Shown here piece after piece: positions 41,691-54,486 of a DNA stretch of 64,000 bases. The position numbers and the translations under genes are program-made. The notes beneath the pieces were generated by a model. The model was not told where the DNA came from. It did not search any database and saw nothing but the letters and a program-made list of their open reading frames with translations. Source of the stretch: Camelus ferus (taxonomy: Eukaryota); NCBI RefSeq assembly GCF_009834535.1, contig NC_045697.1, positions 21,020,001 through 21,084,000 on the forward strand, written 5' to 3'. The number at the start of each line of letters is the position of its first letter. Position 1 is the stretch's first letter.

Positions 41691-42349
41691 AATATTTATT
41701 CATTATTCTTCATTTAAATCTTGTAACCCTCCAATTTTTTTAATAGATTATTCATGTTATGGTTACTTATCTTCTGAGGATTTTTGATAGTGCAAGACAA
41801 GAAAACCCAATGTCCATTTGGAAAAGAGAATTAAAGAAATTTAGATTACACGTGTTGAGAAAAGATTCTAAAGAGAAATGAGATAAAGAACCAGAGCAGT
41901 GTTTTAGGAAAAAGCAAAAAGCAAAAGCAAAAGCTTGGATAAGAGAACCTGTCACTTGTGTGAATTATGTAATCTTTCTTACAACTAAAGAAAGAAATAT
42001 AAATTTGTTCCTTACCTATGTTGGAAAATATTTTTGCCCCTAAAAACAGCTAAAGGAAGAGTATAGAACAACAGTAAAAATATATTTACTGGTTAGAATG
42101 AACCTGTCATTCCTGGGGGCGAGGGTGTTTGGGAAAATGTCAAATAAGGCTAAAGACCAGTAAGAGAAAAAGCATTATTTTGAATAAAATTTATAATCTT
42201 AAAAAGTGTTAAAATATTTGGAAGATACTTTCGAAATGTAAATCTAATCATAGAATTTATGAAGTTTGCAAACACATACAATATAAACTTTATGACTAAG
42301 CCACATGCTTTACTGGTAGAATTTCAGATTCAAACAGTGGTTTTTCAAA

Positions 42350-42350
<1 letters not shown>

Positions 42351-42394
<44 letters not shown>
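42351..42394. repeat. (TTA)n microsatellite
   Basis: Direct reading. Confidence 0.95.
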
Positions 42395-42395
<1 letters not shown>

Positions 42396-43169
42396 TACTA
42401 ACTCCATTTGTCTGGGCATGAATACCTCAAATACTTTCACTTGCTATTCCAGAGGAAAAAAAGAATTTCCTAGTTTACACAATTCACTGCTTCCTGAGTA
42501 GTGAAATGCATGGTTATGTAGTAAGTTAGAAAATAGTGGGAAAAATCACTTAAATCATGAATTTACTTTGGGAATGTATTTTATAGCTTCTCACATGCCC
42601 CTTTTTTCCCCCTAAGACCTAGGGTCAGTTTGTCTCATCCTGTTAGAAAGCTAAAAGATAGTGGAATCCAAGTAAATCAATGTTCAAGCTACCAATTTTT
42701 TACTGCTTTTTTAAAGCAATGTACAGCCAGCAAACTGGCTGCCTAAAACTTCAAAGATCAGTTGTACATTTCATCTACATATAGGAGAATTAAATTGCTT
42801 CTTATATTTTTATTTTTTCTCCCAGTATTGGATAGTTTTTAAGATACCATTAATTTATATTTTAAAACTATTAATATGCTGCAAGGAAAAATATTGTTAG
42901 GAATTCATTATCTAGAGTTTACCTTTCTAAATGCTAAACTATTTTGTCTCTTGCAAGAAAAAACATTACAATTAGTAATCATTCATTTTTCATCACAGCT
43001 TTAGTTCTCAATAATAAGTATATAACATGTTTCAAGGTTTTAGAATATTTTATTTCTCTTCCCATGACTACAAAATATATTTTATTATTTCTGTTTTGCA
43101 TATGAGAAAGCAGAAATTCATTTTTGCTGTTGAGTTTATTAAAAAGTAATCTGTGAATTGATTTTAGTA

Positions 43170-43520
43170 ATAATCAGACTCCTCTAGAGGGAGAGAACCA
43201 CTAAGATATATACAAAGAGATTCGTTATAAGGAATTGACTCAGGAGATCATGGAGGCTGAATTGTCTCATGATCTGCCATCTGCAAGCTGAAGGCTCAGG
43301 ACAGCTGGTGGTGTAGTTTCAGTTCAAGTGTGAAGGCCTGAGAACCAGGAGAGCCTATGGCATAAGTTCTAGTTCAAGTCCTAAAACTGAAAACTGGGAG
43401 TTCTGATGGTTCAAGTCTCAGTCCAAAAGCAGAATAAAATCTGCTCAGTTAAACAGCATGAGTAAATTCTCCCTTCTTCCATGTTTTAGTTCTATTCAGA
43501 TCTTCAGTTGATTGGGCAGA
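43170..43520 (-). mobile_element. ERVL LTR (MLT2-like)
   Basis: gattcgttataaggaattgactca...atggaggctga...gatctgccatctgcaagctg...gaaggcctgagaaccagg. Confidence 0.85.
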
Positions 43521-43974
43521 GTAATAAGAAAATAGAAGAGAGGATGAGAGGTAAGAAAGTTTTGACATAAGACTTGTATCAGAAAAAATTAATAGATAAT
43601 ATATATGTATTATTTGACAATTTAGTTAAGTGCATAACATTCTAATCTATTTGAAATAAATTAAATTTTGTAATCATTCTGTGAAGTGAACTAGAATTTA
43701 TTAATTTATGTATTTGTTTATGTAGTAGTGATAAGTTTTCTTAAGATATTAGTAAGAAATAATTAATGATAATTGTGTTAGTAGGGAAATACTGCTTACA
43801 ATCATCTGGACTTGAAAAATCTTTAATCACATCATAACTTTTAATTAAGTTTGAAATTTTAAAGTATCAATATGAAATTAAAATATTAGTATTGATAATG
43901 AATGCTCATTTAGAACCTTCTTTTTCTTGTGAAATTTATCTCCATTATCTTCAGTCTTTATCTAAATCTCACAA

Positions 43975-44110
43975 GTGAATCAGCAGTATTTCCACCTTGC
44001 ATTGGGAGAACATGGGCTTAAGAAAGATTAGTAACCTGCCCACTGTTATCCAGGAGGTGGAAAAGTTGAGATTTGAATTTAAAATTCTCTGACCACAAAG
44101 GCTATGACAT
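43975..44110 (-). mobile_element. MIR SINE fragment
   Basis: ggcttaagaaagattagtaacctgccca...gagatttgaattt...tctgac. Confidence 0.6.
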
Positions 44111-45964
44111 CTCCTGTTATAGCATTTTCTCCCTTCCCAAAATTATTCTGTATCTCTTGGATTTTTAAAGGTCAATAAATAACACCTCTCCTTTCTATTT
44201 TGATTTTAGAACCATTTTATCATTAGTTGCAGCAGGTAGGAATAATGGAGCTCAAGATATCAGCTCTGGAAAATATGATTGTATTTATATGGTAAAAGAA
44301 TAAGCTTCACCTCTGAAGTCAACAGATTCTCAAACCTGATGAGAGACATAAGTGGCCTTCACAGGGAGACAGCCTCTCCACTCAGCACATCACAGAGTGT
44401 TAGGCAGGAAAAACTGCCTTCTGTGCAAGCAGATTGACCTCATCAATGAGATAAGGAAGAGGTGCTACCTTTCCTTTTGTTTCTCAAATTCACCAACCAG
44501 ATAACTCATCTTTCCTTTCCTGAATCAGAGTTAGTGAGGAGTGGGAAAGAAGCCAAGAGCCCCCCAAACATAGAAACATGAATACCTTTGTTTAAGTGTC
44601 CCCCCAATGTATTATCAGTAAAATTTGAATGTCTTTAAAAAATTATTGATTAAGGAGTTCAGCTTACTTTATAGCTTAGCTTGTTTTAAGACAAGATCCT
44701 AAAAACTGTAATAGTATAATATAATGTAACACAATATAAATAAATAAGAATGCTTGCCATTAATTTAATTTGCGGAAGAATGATAATATTATACTTTGGA
44801 ATACATTCAGATAAATTTGATTTTTTTTTAAAAAATTGGAATATAGTCCTCAAATTCTTACTTAAAATAGACGTAAAATATTTAATTATTTGAAACTCTT
44901 TCAAAGTTTCATAGAAACACTTTGAGTGACTTGAAAGTCAATGCTAATTTTTGAAACACATCTGTCACCAGGGATGAATGACCTAATTTAGATGAATTGT
45001 GATTCAAGTATTCATCTAAAATTCAAGGTTGACCTACATCAAATGTGAGCTCCTTGAAGTTTGGTTAACTTTATTTATTACTTTTCCTCTTTGTATACCT
45101 TTTTACTTCCTGTTTCTGACTTGCCTTAGAAGCAGAAGTGCTAGCAGTGTCAGAAAAGTTGTTTCTATGATGATTCTGTAAAGCTACAAAGCTAAAATGT
45201 GGAAATCTCTATAAGAGTATGTGCCCACATTTTCATCCTCAAGAACTTTCAAATTCGAGGAGAATTTTCAGAATAACTCTCCTTTTCTGTATCATGATTG
45301 TTTCATCATTCATGTTGACACAATTTATTTGATATGACAAATAAGTTTTTTATTTTCATTCCTAAAATGTTTAGTAACTGATTTTTATTTCACTGTATGA
45401 TGACTCCACCTTCAAACATTCACCTCAGAATTAGCAATATCCTTTTATAAAATTAATTGCAAATCTCATATAGAAAAATCAATTTTTATGATGTTTTTCA
45501 CATGGCTGACTTCTACTTATTTTTTATATCTTGGCTGGAATGTGTTCACCTCCAGAGGCATTTTTTTCTGTATAAAGTTGCTCCAGCCACTATTAAATGG
45601 TTTTAGTTCTTTTATTGAAGAATATAACTATGTTACCATTTTGGGTTTTTTATTTGTTTACTAGATGATTGCATTTCTCCCTACATTGGAAGATAAATTT
45701 CATGAAGTTAGAAATCTTTTCTCTTTTGATCATTTCTGTATTCCTTAAATAAGACCTGGAAGGGCATGTGAGAGCTTTCAGACTCACAACATTGCTGTCC
45801 AATATGCTTTAAAAAAAATCCGTTGTAATCTAATAAACTCACAAATGTAGTCACTTTTCCATCTCTTTGATAGCTTCATCACACACTGTGCTCTACTTTA
45901 GCACATTCTGAGTGGTCTCATATACAAATTGGCCAAGTTCCTCTTCCTTTTTCTCCATGTACCA

Positions 45965-46265
45965 TATTGTTGATTCATTAACATTGAACTCATAACAACA
46001 GCACTATATTGCATGTTTGAATAATGTACTTAAGAATACTAGACAGTACTATGCTTGCGGGCTATTTTAAACATTAAAATCACCAACAAAAAGCACAAAC
46101 ATGCAACACATGTGGCATTAAATAGACTGTGAAAAGCACACTTTTTTAGGGTATGAAAGCTGAAAAGAAGGCAGAGAGAATACTGCTTTGTTCAACTTCA
46201 GCTCTGCACACATTCAAAAAATGAAGGTGAAAACACCTTGAGTATCGATTTGGGGGTATTAAATT
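45965..46265. mobile_element. TcMar-Tigger MITE (MER6-like)
   Basis: ttgattcattaacattgaactca...aaaatcaccaacaaaaagcacaaa...tggcattaaatagact...gctgaaaagaaggcagag. Confidence 0.75.
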
Positions 46266-47762
46266 AAATTATAGTATATCACCCAATTATTCTATGAGAT
46301 CTTTAAGAGAAGTTATCTAAGCTTTATTGAAATTTGTAACCTATTATCATGCACAGTACAATTACAGGGAACTCAATTTCTTGTCATTGAATTGACATGG
46401 CATAGAAGCTAGTATGTCTTGCAAAGATCCCAGTGAATCTTGTCTGACTTCAGGGTGACAGTTCTGCTTTGATGCATTACTAAATTGTGACTAAAGGGAC
46501 AAAGATAAGATCAAGACCAAAGGCTGAAGAAGGTTGGCAATAATTGTGAAGGTAAACAAGATCCTGAGGAAGTAATATGAATTGTTAAATCCAAAGTAGA
46601 TTTAGAACTCCAGATTTACAGTCTGAAGAATAAAGCAAGATTTGGGAGAAAAGTTCAGTAATTCCAAGAGTGCCTTGATATTTACCCCAATCACCTTTCG
46701 TTCATTTTGTCTCATAACTCAAGGACTAGAGTTTTATTCTGCTATCACTTCCTGACACACATATCTCTTATTCCACATTGGTGACATAGAATTGCTCCTC
46801 TACTCCCACATTTTATTAGAATAGGTTCCAGGACTGACAGGAACTGAGCGTACTAGACCTGGAGCAGAGCTGGAGAATGTTAGGACTGACATCTTTAATT
46901 AAATAGCCATTTGCACTACTTACCATGTACCTGCAATACATATAATTTATATGAGAAAACTATTAAGAACATCTTTTTCAGACAGCTAACATTAAAATGA
47001 AATAGTAACTGAAATATATATATGTGTGTATATATAAGTTAGACCTTTCATTAAACAATATTAAGTAGGCTGTCATAATATTTACCAATACCAATGCCTT
47101 TTTACCAAAAAGCATGATAAAAAAGCCTATAGACATAAATGAGCTAGTTGTGGAAAGGTGATTATTTACAAAGATGATTGTAATTGGTATTATCAATATG
47201 TAAAGTTGAAGTAAAAGGTTAAATGTGGCTTCATAGAAAGAAAAGTAAGGAATGTATCCTATACTATCTTGTATGTCACCATAAAAGAACTTTGAGAGTG
47301 TTTTGAATATAATAAGAAATACCTTGGCAATGGTTCCCAATCCAAATTTAAAACAAATATGCTTGCTGCATTCTCGTGTATAATCTAATGTGGATTTCTG
47401 CCTATCTCTTACATTACCAATCTTATACTCAAAGGAAGAACTTAGTCCCAGACTTGCCTGGCCCAGGTTTCTTCACTTGGTTTACCAGTGTGAATTCTAC
47501 TGTGTATATTCCCTCACATCACCTGGCCAAATCTGCACAGGTTATGACTCAAAATGTACCTCATGTAGAGTATTCAGGTTTCAAATTCTGCTGCACATCT
47601 ATTGATATATTAGGGTTCCTGAAGTTTATTAAGCCTGAAACGTCCTCTGTCTCTTGCCCCTCTCCAGCTGGACAGTTACATCTTGCCAGCCTCCAGTGGG
47701 CTGGTGGACATGCAGAAGCCCTGAATGTTGAGAGCACTTAAAAAAATAAAATAACTGTTTAA

Positions 47763-50700
47763 GACGAGGCAAGTATGGTGGAGTAGAAAGATGCTAGTAG
47801 CTCACCCTCTCCCACAGATACACCAAGACTCACATCCACGGATCAGAGAAACTAAATAATACTATAGAAAAATTAGATTTAGTGGATATTTTCAGAGCAT
47901 TGCACCCTCCAAAAATAGGATATACATTCTTTTCAAGTGCACATGGAACATTTTCTAGGATTGATCATGTACTTGGGCACAAAAGAAACCTCAACAATTT
48001 TAAGAGGATAGAAATTATCTCAAGCATCTTTACTGACCACAATGCCATGAAACTAGAAATCAACAACAGAGAAACAAAGGAGAAAAAAAGGAAAGCATGG
48101 AGATTAAACAACATGCTATTAAAAAAACCAATGGGGCAAAGATGAAATCAAAGCTGAAATTAAAAAATACCTTGAGACAAATGAAAATGAAAGCACAACC
48201 ACACAAAATTTATGGGACACACCAAAGGCAGTGCTAAGAGGGAAGTTTATAGTGATACAGGCCTTTTTCAAAAAAGAACAATCGCAAATAAACAATTTAA
48301 CCCACCAGCTGAGAGAACTAGAAAAAGAAGAACAAAAAAACCCAAAAGGCAGCAGAAGGAAGGAAATTATAAAGATCAGGGAGGAAATAAATAAAATAGA
48401 GATTAAAAAATCATAGAAAAAAATCAATCAAACCAAAAGCTGGTTTTTTGAAAAAGGAAATAAAATCGACAAACCTATGGCCAAACTCACAAAGAAGAAA
48501 AAAGAGAGAGCACAAACAAGCAAAATAAGAAAGGAAAATGGAGAAATTACAACAAATAACATAGAAAAACAGAATATCATACGAGAATATTATGAAAAAC
48601 TATATGGAACCAAACTGAATAACCTAGAAGAGATGGACAAGTTTCTGGAAACATACAGTCCACCAAGACTGAACCAAGAAGAAACTGAACACTTGAGCAA
48701 ACCGATCATTAGAAATGAAATTGAAATAGCAATAAAAAATCTCCTTACAAATGAAAGTCCAGGACTGGATGGCTTCACTGGAGAATTCAAACATAAAAAG
48801 AAGAACTCATACCAGTCCTTCTCAAACTATTCCAAAAGACTGAAAAGGAGGGAATAATCCCAAACTCATTCTATGAAGCCACCATCACCCTGATACCAAA
48901 ACCAGGCAAAGACACTACCAATAAAAGAGAATTATAGGCCATTATCACTGATGAACATAGATGCCAAAATCCTCACTAAAATATTAGCAAATGGAATCCA
49001 ACAAAACAGAAAAAAAATATGCATCATGATCAAGTGGGGTTCATCCCAGGGACACAAGGGTGGTTCAACATACGCAAATCAATCAATGTAATACATCACA
49101 TCAATGAGAGAAAGGACAAAAACCACATGATCATCTCAATAGATGCAGAAAAAGCTTTTGATAAAATTCAACACCCATTTATGATAAAAACTCTCACCAA
49201 AGTGGGTATAGAGGGAACATATCTCAACATAATAAAAGCTATATATGACAAACCTACAGCCAGCATAGTACTCAATGGTGAAAAACTCAAAAGCTTCCCA
49301 CTAAAATCTGGGACAAGGCAAGGCTGCCCAGTATCACCACTCCTATTCAACATAGTCTTGGAAGTCCCAGCCACAGCAATCAGGCAAGAGAGAGAAATAA
49401 AAGGGATCCAAATTGGAAAAAAGGTAAAAGTGTAACTATATGCTGACGACATGTTACTATATATAGAAAACCCTAAAAGGTCCACACAAAAACTGCTAGA
49501 GCTGATTGAAGAATTCAGCAAGGTAGCTGGTTACAAGATTAACACTCAAAAATCAGTTGCATTTCTTTACACTAACGATGAATCAACAGAAAAAGAAAGT
49601 AAAGAAACAATCCCCTTTAAAATAGCACCCAAAGTAATAAAATACCTAGGAATAAATCTAACCAAAGTGGTGAAAGAATTTTACACAGAAAACTGTTAAC
49701 CGTTGATGAAGGAAATTAAAGAAGACTTTAAAAAATGGAAAGATATCCCATGCTCTTGGATTGGAAGAATCAATGTTGTTAAAATGGTCACACTGCCCAA
49801 GGCAATCTACAGATTTAATGCAATCCCTATCCAATTACCCAGGATGTATTTCACAGAACTAGAACAGATCATAATAAAATTTATATGGAACCATCAAAGA
49901 CCTAGAATTGCCAAAGCATTACTGAAGAGAAAGAAAGAGGCTGGAGGAATTACTCTCCCAGACTTCAGACAATACTATATAGCTACAGTCATCAAGACGG
50001 CATGGTATTGGTACAAAAACTGACATAGAGACCAATGGAACAGAATAAGGAGCCCGGAAATGAACCCACAAACTTTTGGTCAACTAATCTTTGACAAAGG
50101 AGGCAAAAATATACAATGGAATAAAGACAGTCTCTTCAGCAAATGGTGTTGGGAAACTGGACAGCAGCATGTAAAACAATGAAGCTAGAACACTCCCTTA
50201 CATCATACACAAAAATCAACTCAAAATGGATCAAAGACTTAAACATGATACAAGATATAATAAACTCCTTGAAGAAAATATAGGCAAAACATTATCGGAC
50301 ATACATCTCAAAAATATTCTCCTAGAACAGTCTACTGAAGCAATAGAAATAAAAGCAAGAATAAACAAATGGGACCTAATGAAACTTACAAGTCTTCACA
50401 GCAAAAGAAACCATAAGTAAAACAAAAAGACAACCTAGGGAATGGGAGAAAATTTTTGCAAATGAAACCGACAAAGGCTTGATCTCCAGAATATATAAGC
50501 AGCTCATACAACTTAATAAGAAACAACCAAACAACACAATCCAAAAATGGGCAAAAAACCTCAACAAGCAATTCTCCAAGGAAGACATACAAATGATCAA
50601 CAGGCACATGAGAAAATGCTCAATATCACTAATTATCAGAGAAATGCAAATCAAAACTACAATGAGGTATCACCTCACACCAGTCAGAATGGCCATCATT

Positions 50701-51485
50701 CAAAAATCCACAAATGACAAATGCTGGAGAGGCTGTGGAGAAAGGTGAACCCTCCTACACTGCTGGTGGGAATGCAGTTTGGTGCAGACACTGTGGAAAA
50801 CAGTATGGAGATTCCTCAAAAGACTAGGAATAGACTTACCATATGACCCAGGAATCCCGCTCCTGGGCATATAGCCAGAAGGAACCCTACTTCAGGATGA
50901 TACCTGCACCCCAATGTTCATAGCAGCAGTATTTACAATAGCCAAGACATGGAAACAGCCTAAATGTCCATCAATAGGTGACTGGATAAAGAAAAGGTGG
51001 TATATTTATACAATGGAATACTACTCAGCCATAAAAACCGACAACATAACGCCATTTGGAGCAACATGGATGCACCTGAGGAATGTCATTCTAAGCGAAG
51101 TAAGCCAGAAAGAGAGAGAAAAATACCATATGAGATCGCTCATATGTGGAATCTAAAAACAAACAAACAAACAAACAAAGCATAAATACAAAGCAGAAAC
51201 AGACTCATAGACATAGAATGCAAATTTGTGGTTGCCAAGGGGGCGGAGGGTGGGAAGGGATAGACGGGATTTCAAAATTGTAGAATAGATAAACAAGAGT
51301 ATACTGTATAGCACAGGGAAATATACACAAGATCTTACGGTAGCTCACAGAGATAAAAATGTGACAATGAATATATATATGTTCATGTGTAACTGAAAAA
51401 TTGTGCTCTACACTGGAATTTGACAGAACATTGTAAAATGATTATAAGTCAATAAAAAATGTTAAAAAAAATTTAAAAAAAGATT
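47763..51485 (+). mobile_element. Young LINE-1 (copy A): ~80 bp 5' UTR tip fused to disrupted ORF2 (partial EN, RT, C-terminal), 3' UTR and A tail
   Basis: ORF2 peptides ([37 protein letters not shown] at 49439-49450, CWRGCGE); 23-bp TSD AAAAAAATAAAATRACTGTTTAA at 47740-47762 and 51486-51508 with a TT/AAAA site. Confidence 0.97.
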
Positions 51486-53490
51486 AAAAAAATAAAATGA
51501 CTGTTTAAATGGTATTAGACATGAGTAGACTCTACAGAGAAATGGAAAGTACATTCTGAATGCTGTTCCTTGGAAGGCTGTTTCCCAGCAGAGCTCTCAG
51601 CTGTGATTCACTTATCTGTTATATGATGCTCATGATAAGCAATGAATTGCTTATGAGTCAGCAATACAGAGTGCTATTTAAAATCTTATGAAACACTCAG
51701 CTGTCTTGGTAGACATAAGGATGTACCAAAGCAGAGTACTAACAAAAAGTCAAGAAGGCTCCTTGGCCTTGTAACTTCATTATCTTGTTACCTGCCTGTT
51801 CTTGACTCAAAGGTCGAAATACTGGTAGAGAGGCGCAGACCTTGAGTCAAGTGAGGGAACCAGACTGCTTTGTTGCTCTCAGCATTAAGGAGAGTTGTAG
51901 CAGGTCCTTAGAAGCCCAGCAAGATAAAATGCTACACCCAAAGCTCCTAGACAACTTAGTGGTGACTAATAATTTTGTTACATAATTTATTATTACATAA
52001 AACTGGGCCATGTCACTGACTGCACCCTTAAAATTATATTCCACTTTAAACCTTGCATTTAACAATTTTTATGAGAACAAGTGCACATAAAGCCATAACA
52101 TATTGAAGATTAAAAAACCATCAAGCACCATATAGAAACAGTGACTGCTATTATTGTAATATAAGTGAATTTATTTAATTTTAAAAAATGGAACTTCATT
52201 ATCTGTGGACTCATTTTCTGTCAAACATATTTAAAAATGTAGATGATAAATAAAAGTCATCCAATACTGCCATCACATTGGCTGGAAGCAGAAAATAAGA
52301 ACTGTACAAAGTCAAATTAAAGTACCTCTTCACTTAATGTAATTTTAAACAAATAAGCAAGAAAGTGGAACTAAATATTTTTTAATTGGTAGATTTCTCA
52401 TCATGATTTGTATAGTTGGACTAAGTTCATATTAATTTTAAATATTACTTTAGTGAGAAATTTGATGTAACTGAAAGAGCCAGGACTTTAGGGTTAAATA
52501 ACACTGGTAGGAAATACAGCCCTAACACTCAACAAGAAAGCTTTTTTTTTTTTTTTTTCTGTCTGTTTTTCTCAGCTAGGATTTGTTATTGTATAACATG
52601 GTTAAACTAATTCCTATTTTTTTAGGGCAGTTGTAAATTTTAGAAATGTGTGTGTAATGCTTCAGATATATAAAATTAAAAAATGGAAATGTTTAACTTG
52701 CTTAAGAGGGGAATCTGACTATGGGGATGAGTACATAGTTGCATATATATGTCAATACTTACCAAATTATACTTTTTAAATATGTAAAATTTGTTGTAAA
52801 TTCAGAAATTTTACACTAATAAAACTACAAAAATGTATAAGTGAATCTTGGATTTTTCTCACTTTTTGAACAGAAAAACAGGACAGACAGTTGCTTCTCA
52901 ATATTTTTCTGTTTCATAGACAAAAAAATGACAAAAATACTATGCATTATTTATGCTTTTTATTTACTAACACTTTCACAAAAAATAAATTGTGATTTAT
53001 GGGAGCCCTATGAAGTAGAAAGGCAGATTTTTAAAATGTAAAAACTCAAACTCAGGTAATTTAAACAATTTGTATATGTGAGCATCCATCAAATTTCCAG
53101 AAACTGAATTTTGTCAAAATGCATAAGGTTCTTCAATCGATTTTTTTGGTAAGTGTGACATTACTAAGTGTTCAACCATAAAAATTTTTATATTTACTGC
53201 ATGGCATGGAACACATGGAAAAATATATGGAAATTCTATTTTAAAAAGAGAATAGCAAGTAATGATATAGCACTTAATTATATTTATGGAATACCAAAAG
53301 CTGAAAATTTACCTATTCCTTCTTTCTCTGCCATCCTCACTTCCTTCATCTCTCCCTGTCTTCTTACTTTTCTTTCTTTCTTAAAATATAAGACAACTTG
53401 CATTGTCAAATTTCTTTGTGACTACTACCCTGTTTTCCATAGAGATATTTTTGACTAATCTTCAAAAATAGTAAAAAATGAAAGAGAGAG

Positions 53491-54010
53491 AAGTCCCCGT
53501 GACCCAAAGCTTTGCATTCAGCAGTTTCAGTTATCCCTTGGTCAACCATGATCAGAAAATATTTAATGGAAAATCCTAAGAATAAACATGTTTTAAATTG
53601 TTCACCATTCTGGTCAGTGTAGATCTCATGCAAATCCAGCCCATCCCATCTGGGATATGAATTATCCCTTTGTCCAGTGTATTTACATCACATCTGCTAG
53701 CCAACCATTAGTCACTTAGTCGCCATCTTGGTTATCAGACCAACTGTCACAGTATCACAGTGCTTGTGTTGGAGTAACACTTATTTTACTTAATAATCAC
53801 CCTGAAGCACAAGAGTAGTGGTGCTGGCAATTGAGATGTTCTCCTACTGTGCCTCATTTATAAATGAAAATTTGTCAAGGGGTTTATGTATAGGAAGAAC
53901 GTATATATAGAGCTTGGGTTGGTACTTTCCAAGGTTTTAGGCATCCACTATGGGTCTTGCAGTATATATTCCTCAAAGATGAGTTGGGGGCGGGGAGGGG
54001 GACTAACGTA
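53491..54010. mobile_element. TcMar-Tigger MITE (MER44/Tigger7-like)
   Basis: gtttcagttatcccttggtcaacc...ccattagtcacttagtcgccatcttggttatcaga...ggcatccactatgggtcttg. Confidence 0.85.
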
Positions 54011-54099
54011 TATTAGTGTACACACACACACACACACATATAAATAAGTTTGTCAATTCAAGCAACCATACTGAACTATCTCATATTCTGTAAATTTCA

Positions 54100-54430
54100 A
54101 CTATCTTTCTTGAAATTCATTTAGATGCTTTATGCAGAGATTTATTTAACCCAAAAGGTCATAATTATGAACCATATTTTCAATATTTGTTATAACAATG
54201 GATGTTTCAACTCTCAATTTTACCTGGCTACATTATATATTATTGTATAGTTGCACAATAATGTATTTAGTATTCTCTAATGTTGCACATTGAGGTGGTT
54301 TTCTAATTTTTTAAACAATAATAAGCTACATAAATAAACACAGTAACTATGATGATTATTTTCTTAGAATATATTCCTGAGAGTAGAATTGTTTAGTGGA
54401 AAGCTTTAAAAAATAATTTTCATGCATGTA
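54100..54430 (-). mobile_element. Old L1 (L1ME-like) 3' end fragment
   Basis: cacattgaggtggttttctaatt...ttcctgagagtagaattg. Confidence 0.55.
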
Positions 54431-54436
54431 GACCCA

Positions 54437-54486
54437 CAGGCATACCTTATTTATTGCATTTCCATTTATTGTGTTTTGCAGATAAC
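54437..54486 (+). mobile_element. Tigger1 terminal fragment
   Basis: caggcataccttatttattgcatttccatttattgtgttttgcagata matches the Tigger1 5' end as recalled. Confidence 0.65.

Noticed and set aside
42259..42501. Poly-Leu signal-peptide-like ORF
   Set aside because: Produced by the (TTA)n microsatellite
46978..47741. 120-aa and 121-aa ORFs upstream of L1 copy A
   Set aside because: No recognisable domain or supporting gene structure; consistent with random ORFs
47882..51156. ORF2 peptides read as a functional reverse transcriptase or endonuclease gene
   Set aside because: Fragmented by stops and frameshifts, with ORF1 and the EN N-terminus missing; these are dead L1 remnants
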